A stretch of 64,000 bases of DNA from TPA_inf: Saccharomyces (taxonomy: Eukaryota), in NCBI GenBank assembly GCA_000146045.2, contig BK006941.2, forward strand, positions 736,001-800,000. Reading direction: 5' to 3'. The position numbers and the translations under genes are program-made. Of the stretch, positions 58,674 to 64,000 are shown piece after piece. Under the pieces are notes generated by a model. It made no database searches and was not told where the DNA came from. It saw nothing but the letters and a program-made list of their open reading frames with translations. Within the stretch, counting starts at the first letter, position 1, and each line of letters opens with the position of its first letter.

Positions 58674-59492
58674 CTATAGAATAGTGCAAGTGGAAGCGTT
58701 TTTCTTCTTTTTCTTTTGTTGTGAAGTAGCGCTAATTCCTGTCCTGTTGCTAGAACCAGATTTCGGAACGGCATGTGACGGTTTGTGCTTTTCATTAACC
58801 GGAGTAGATTGTTTAACTTTAGCTTGTCCTTGTGAAGATTTGTTATATAAACCTTTTGATGATTGCTTATTGTTTGATTGTTTCGTATCCTGTTTCGCAG
58901 AACTAGGGAGCCTGGTTGATGGAGACTCGATTTTGCTAAATTGTTGACTTTGATTTCTTGCGTCTTTAACTGCAACACTTTCCATTTCATTCCGAATGAT
59001 TTGCCTAACTAAATCAACGAACACTTCATCCACATTGCTCCTCAACAAAGCGCTTGTTTCATAAAAGGGAACTCTACCCCATTTACTGCTTACCTCTATA
59101 CCTTCTTCCACACTTATTACCCTTTCATTGATTAGATCAGCCTTGTTACCTATTAGAACCATTGGAACGCGATCGGAATCTTTGATCCTAAGGACCTGTT
59201 CTCTTAGCTCCATTAATTCTTCCAAAGATTGCCGATCTGTTACTGAATATACCAACAGGAACCCCATTCCTGACTTTATGTATAATTCTCTCATTGCAGT
59301 AAATTGTGCTATACCCGCTGTATCTAAAATTTCCAGGTCGAATACCTTGTTATCGATCTCGATGGTTTTCCTGTAAGAATCTTCGATCGTTGGATCATAC
59401 GTATCCAAATAAACTCCCTGTACAAACTGCACGGTTAAGCAGGATTTACCGACACCACCAGCACCCAATACTACTAATTTATAGTCTCTCAT
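58674..59492 (-). CDS. RSR1: Ras-family GTPase for bud-site selection, C-terminal CAAX (CTIL), 272 aa
   Basis: GAGGVGKS P-loop, DTAG, NKAD and SAL motifs, a polybasic KKKKK stretch and CTIL. This is the classic Rsr1/Bud1 (Rap1 homolog). Confidence 0.93.
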   Translation of the reverse strand: MRDYKLVVLGAGGVGKSCLTVQFVQGVYLDTYDPTIEDSYRKTIEIDNKVFDLEILDTAGIAQFTAMRELYIKSGMGFLLVYSVTDRQSLEELMELREQVLRIKDSDRVPMVLIGNKADLINERVISVEEGIEVSSKWGRVPFYETSALLRSNVDEVFVDLVRQIIRNEMESVAVKDARNQSQQFSKIESPSTRLPSSAKQDTKQSNNKQSSKGLYNKSSQGQAKVKQSTPVNEKHKPSHAVPKSGSSNRTGISATSQQKKKKKNASTCTIL

Positions 59493-60091
59493 TAGTCCTA
59501 ATGTTTCCTAGCCAAATATTTCTAAGCGATGATAGAAGCCAAAATATTAGAACGTTGTATGTAAATGTTCTATATCGTTACTAAATAATAGTATTATTGT
59601 TCAGTGGAGAGGATGAAATTTCAAAAACTTCTTGGCGTAGTTAAGAACGAACGCAATGGTTCTTTTTTTCGAGATCGAGCTCTACTTTACTTTTTTCTTT
59701 TTCTGTCCTTCTCTCTTTTCTTTTTAACCTTTTTCGACGATATTTCGCGTTTGAGAATGTCGAGGATGAATGCGCTTTGACGCGAATTAGTTGTGAGGCT
59801 GACGTTGTGATAAAAAGGCGATGATTCTTGGGAATATACAGTCTGTTTCCACTTGCTAGATAAAATGTATGATATTCCAAAAATGCCTTTCTCTATTGAA
59901 CTGTATGACTGAGATACGCCTGCTTTTACCTTGTATATTATGAGTACTATTCGCCTTTTCCCATAAAGTTGTTTTTTTCTGGGGTTTATGTGTATCGTAA
60001 ATGGTACAAAATAATAAAATTCTTATCTTGAAAATACTGTTTAATACTTTTCATCATTACTAAATAGGTTACGAAAAGAGGTCTTTGAGAA

Positions 60092-60745
60092 ATGGGAAAG
60101 GCCTGTTTGAATAAAGAAGTCGGCACTTACGAATGTGAGGGGGAAAGAGATACCTACTCATTTTTTACCTCTCTCTCAGATATACAGGATTCAAGTAGTA
60201 ACGAGGAACAATGCGGTGTAGGAAGTATATTGAGTGAAGATAGTTTCACGTTTGAAGGGTCCAACGTGAGCATACGGTTATTTTCCTTGGACTTAAATGC
60301 CTTGAATGAAAATGAGAATGGATCCAAGAATCCTGTGAAATTTACCATTCCGCCAAAAATAGAACAAAGAAAGGAAGCAAGACAAAGAGAGAAACGTTTA
60401 AGGAGGGTGGCAGTACTACCTGAGAATTCGAGAAACTACCTTGTTGAATCAAGTATGGATTCAAGTAGGGAATACAGTCAACCATTTTTTGACTGGAGGC
60501 ATGAAATGGTAGAACATGGAGAGGAGAGTGTAAAACCGTGTGGTTGTCATAAATCGAGAAAAGCAAAATGCTTCAAAGAACTGGAGATGGAGAATATAGA
60601 AAAGGGCGATATAAAGAAGAGTCTCTTTTACAGAGACATAATTGAATGGTGCAGAGACTATGAAGTCAATAAAACTAGGGAAGTCTGTGTTCCGTCTATA
60701 CACGAGTTTTACCTACATGGAAATGGAAGTGACAACCTCTTTTGA
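60092..60745 (+). CDS. YGR153W: Uncharacterised protein, 217 aa
   Basis: 217 aa ORF at the position of YGR153W. Confidence 0.7.
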
Positions 60746-60797
60746 AGTATAGCCATGCATATAAATATATGTGTGTGTAAGAAAATATTAGAAGTTT

Positions 60798-61868
60798 TCA
60801 TAATCTAGAAATGTCAGGCTTTGGGCCTAATGGCACTATACCAAACTGATTGATCTTGTTCCTACTTACTTCCATCCTGATGTAAAAGAGCTTAATATGA
60901 TTAAAATCTGTAGTAAATCTAAACTCTGCGTAATTCCAGTATAGATTAATCAACCACAAATGAAGGTACGGGAAACCATCCCTTATAGTTTTCAAATTGC
61001 ATTTGAAGTGCTGCACGTACACGACGTCAAATCTAATTATTGATGGATACAATCTGATATCCGCTTCAGTTAACCTCTGTCCTAAAACAAAATATTTAGC
61101 CAAGATTTTCTGTTTGTTACCACTGAATTGCTCCTCTAAGCGCTTATAATTTTCTTTTAGTACACATTCCATCTTCTGCAAGTTTTCAAACAGTGTTTTT
61201 ACTTCAGTTTCGTAAATCTTTCCGTTTTCTGCTAATCCGACTTTATAGACACCAAGATTAATCTTCGGATGAACCCATTTGATGTTCTTATCAATCTCGT
61301 CTATTAAATCATGCGGAACTAGATCAATCACGTTCGTTTCTTCGCTTTGGATAAATTCATCAAACACGCCACTGTTCAAAATTCTTATGATATCGCCACT
61401 CTCATTGTTAACAATTTTCCTTGTTTTAGAATCCCACAGAACAGGCACAGTGAACTTTGTACCGGGGTACTTAGGATCATTTAAGTAGTACAACTCGCTT
61501 AACCTTGATATATTTTCCACCGGGTCGAAAGCGCCATCCACGAACAACCTTGCAGAGTCATTGTTCACATCACCTAACTCCTCAGATTCGTCTAATTTAG
61601 CTGAAGCAATGCCACCAGTGGCAGTAAAGAATCTCTCTTTATATTTTTCCGGCCGGTGTGGAGCAGGTAAGAAACGGGCACCCTTGGAGTCTAATTGCCA
61701 GTGAGATAACACAAGCCCTAGAACAGGTTCTAATTTCTTCAAAGACCTGGCAAGAATGGCTCTATGAGTGAATGGACACCCAAGGGCCCCGTAAATATAA
61801 TACCTTCCTTTTTCTGGTTTAAAAACAGAATGTGTCTTAGAAATTGTTCCCTTGTAAGATACTGACAT
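60798..61868 (-). CDS. GTO1: Omega-class glutathione S-transferase, peroxisomal (C-terminal SRL PTS1), 356 aa
   Basis: [10 protein letters not shown] active-site Cys context typical of omega GSTs. The protein ends ...DISRL. Confidence 0.88.
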
Positions 61869-62137
61869 GGCTTACTGTTTATGATTATTTTTACGAGTAT
61901 TTTCCTCTATAAGTGGCCATCTCTCCAATTGGCAAAGTCAAGACTTTTGTTATGTCAATATGTGCTACCAAAAATCAAGGGTATTTTCCCACCAGAGCTT
62001 ATCAATGGCAACTGTGAGATATGAACAGCAGTTAGTAAGGGTGTGTTCTCATCCGACCCTCTGATTCATTTGGTGGCCATTACATTTTCCCTCAATGACA
62101 CATTCCCCTATTTCATAACTGATTAAAATGGTAATGG

Positions 62138-62144
62138 CACGTGA
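62138..62144. promoter_or_regulatory. CACGTGA E-box (Cbf1-type) in the divergent GTO1-CYS4 promoter, about 400 bp upstream of the CYS4 ATG
   Basis: Motif seen in sequence. Sulfur-pathway genes commonly carry Cbf1/Met4 sites (established knowledge). Function here is inference. Confidence 0.35.
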
Positions 62145-62542
62145 TAGTAGTGGCTCACAAAACAAAATTTTCTTTCTCAGCGCTGACAAAGCTTCATTTG
62201 CATTCTAACCTTATCACAACAACTTCAACTTCACCCAAGTAAGGATAATCAGCTCTGTCGTGACTGATAAATGCTATATCCGGCATATGCAGTCCACACG
62301 GCATTACCGTTTCACTAATTTATTGCCATCTTCCTCCACAGTTTTGCACCGAAAGGAAAAAAAGAAACCAACACCGAAAATTTTTTTCTCCTAAAGGTTA
62401 AAGTAAACGCAAGGCACTTCACCAGGCTTGTATATATAAATGTCGTGATGCTTCTATGCCAAAGTAAAAGGCAACACTTGAAGATTTCGTTGTAGGCCAC
62501 TTGCTCAAAGGACATCTAGATAAATACGACGTAAGAATAAAA

Positions 62543-64000
62543 ATGACTAAATCTGAGCAGCAAGCCGATTCAAGACATAACGTTATCGACTTAGTTGGTA
62601 ACACCCCATTGATCGCACTGAAAAAATTGCCTAAGGCTTTGGGTATCAAACCACAAATTTATGCTAAGCTGGAACTATACAATCCAGGTGGTTCCATCAA
62701 AGACAGAATTGCCAAGTCTATGGTGGAAGAAGCTGAAGCTTCCGGTAGAATTCATCCTTCCAGATCTACTCTGATCGAACCTACTTCTGGTAACACCGGT
62801 ATCGGTCTAGCTTTAATCGGCGCCATCAAAGGTTACAGAACTATCATCACCTTGCCGGAAAAAATGTCTAACGAGAAAGTTTCTGTCCTAAAGGCTCTGG
62901 GTGCTGAAATCATCAGAACTCCAACTGCTGCTGCCTGGGATTCTCCAGAATCACATATTGGTGTTGCTAAGAAGTTGGAAAAAGAGATTCCTGGTGCTGT
63001 TATACTTGACCAATATAACAATATGATGAACCCAGAAGCTCATTACTTTGGTACTGGTCGCGAAATCCAAAGACAGCTAGAAGACTTGAATTTATTTGAT
63101 AATCTACGCGCTGTTGTTGCTGGTGCTGGTACTGGTGGGACTATTAGCGGTATTTCCAAGTACTTGAAAGAACAGAATGATAAGATCCAAATCGTTGGTG
63201 CTGACCCATTCGGTTCAATTTTAGCCCAACCTGAAAACTTGAATAAGACTGATATCACTGACTACAAAGTTGAGGGTATTGGTTATGATTTTGTTCCTCA
63301 GGTTTTGGACAGAAAATTAATTGATGTTTGGTATAAGACAGACGACAAGCCTTCTTTCAAATACGCCAGACAATTGATTTCTAACGAAGGTGTCTTGGTG
63401 GGTGGTTCTTCCGGTTCTGCCTTCACTGCGGTTGTGAAATACTGTGAAGACCACCCTGAACTGACTGAAGATGATGTCATTGTTGCCATATTCCCAGATT
63501 CCATCAGGTCGTACCTAACCAAATTCGTCGATGACGAATGGTTGAAAAAGAACAATTTGTGGGATGATGACGTGTTGGCCCGTTTTGACTCTTCAAAGCT
63601 GGAGGCTTCGACGACAAAATACGCTGATGTGTTTGGTAACGCTACTGTAAAGGATCTTCACTTGAAACCGGTTGTTTCCGTTAAGGAAACCGCTAAGGTC
63701 ACTGATGTTATCAAGATATTAAAAGACAATGGCTTTGACCAATTGCCTGTGTTGACTGAAGACGGCAAGTTGTCTGGTTTAGTTACTCTCTCTGAGCTTC
63801 TAAGAAAACTATCAATCAATAATTCAAACAACGACAACACTATAAAGGGTAAATACTTGGACTTCAAGAAATTAAACAATTTCAATGATGTTTCCTCTTA
63901 CAACGAAAATAAATCCGGTAAGAAGAAGTTTATTAAATTCGATGAAAACTCAAAGCTATCTGACTTGAATCGTTTCTTTGAAAAAAACTCATCTGCCGTT
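62543..64000 (+). CDS. CYS4: Cystathionine beta-synthase, 3'-truncated by the window end (first 486 of 507 codons, through the CBS-domain region)
   Basis: MTKSEQQADSRHNVIDLVGNTPLIAL... PLP-fold (SIKDR, GNTG) followed by a CBS pair. The frame is open to the window end with no stop. Confidence 0.9.
   Translation, partial: MTKSEQQADSRHNVIDLVGNTPLIALKKLPKALGIKPQIYAKLELYNPGGSIKDRIAKSMVEEAEASGRIHPSRSTLIEPTSGNTGIGLALIGAIKGYRTIITLPEKMSNEKVSVLKALGAEIIRTPTAAAWDSPESHIGVAKKLEKEIPGAVILDQYNNMMNPEAHYFGTGREIQRQLEDLNLFDNLRAVVAGAGTGGTISGISKYLKEQNDKIQIVGADPFGSILAQPENLNKTDITDYKVEGIGYDFVPQVLDRKLIDVWYKTDDKPSFKYARQLISNEGVLVGGSSGSAFTAVVKYCEDHPELTEDDVIVAIFPDSIRSYLTKFVDDEWLKKNNLWDDDVLARFDSSKLEASTTKYADVFGNATVKDLHLKPVVSVKETAKVTDVIKILKDNGFDQLPVLTEDGKLSGLVTLSELLRKLSINNSNNDNTIKGKYLDFKKLNNFNDVSSYNENKSGKKKFIKFDENSKLSDLNRFFEKNSSAV

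Noticed and set aside
58655-58990. 111 aa ORF overlapping the RSR1 3' end (position of dubious YGR151C)
   Set aside because: Overlaps a strongly supported GTPase CDS in a different frame. No features.

Overview
This window is Saccharomyces cerevisiae nuclear DNA, not prokaryotic, and it matches the right arm of chromosome VII of the S288C reference. It spans the contiguous annotated block from YGR123C (PPT1) to the 5' ~96% of YGR155W (CYS4), which runs off the window end. Identification rests on directly recognisable protein sequences (asparagine synthetase, prohibitin, proteasome alpha subunit, thiazole synthase, Ras-like GTPase with CAAX box, L24e, cystathionine beta-synthase and others). 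Gene order and protein lengths agree with the reference, and all five tRNA genes match yeast tRNAs. Gene symbols, systematic names and the annotated starts that fall downstream of the first in-frame ATG (SYF2, PEX4, CAF130, PRE9, CBF2, ECL1, NAT2, GPC1) come from my memory of the S288C annotation and were not searched.

Content: about 32 protein-coding genes on both strands and five + strand tRNA genes: tR(UCU), tI(AAU), tA(AGC), tG(UCC) and tA(UGC). Each tRNA has Ty LTR debris immediately upstream. This includes a Ty3 sigma 17 bp upstream of tR(UCU), a full solo Ty1/Ty2 delta plus nested fragments near tG(UCC), and a possible ancient sigma-like remnant near tA(UGC). There are several long poly(dA:dT) promoter tracts and two coding/intergenic microsatellites. 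No introns are evident in the coding genes, and no rRNA, centromere or telomere features are present.

I see no evidence of a novel multi-gene system. Every long ORF corresponds to a known yeast gene, and about half of the genes have ohnologs in a sister block on chromosome XVI (YPR145W to YPR159W). The least-explained signal is a roughly 700 bp GC-rich block (local GC up to about 65%) in the divergent TPO2-CBF2 intergenic region. It has no stop-codon pressure on either strand, a 4x repeated TAAGCAG motif, an inverted repeat and an MluI cell-cycle-box core. Other second-look items are the Ty/tRNA integration hotspots, a serine-tract trinucleotide repeat in YGR130C, E-box sites in the shared GTO1-CYS4 promoter and upstream of ECL1, and in-frame N-terminal extensions upstream of several annotated starts.
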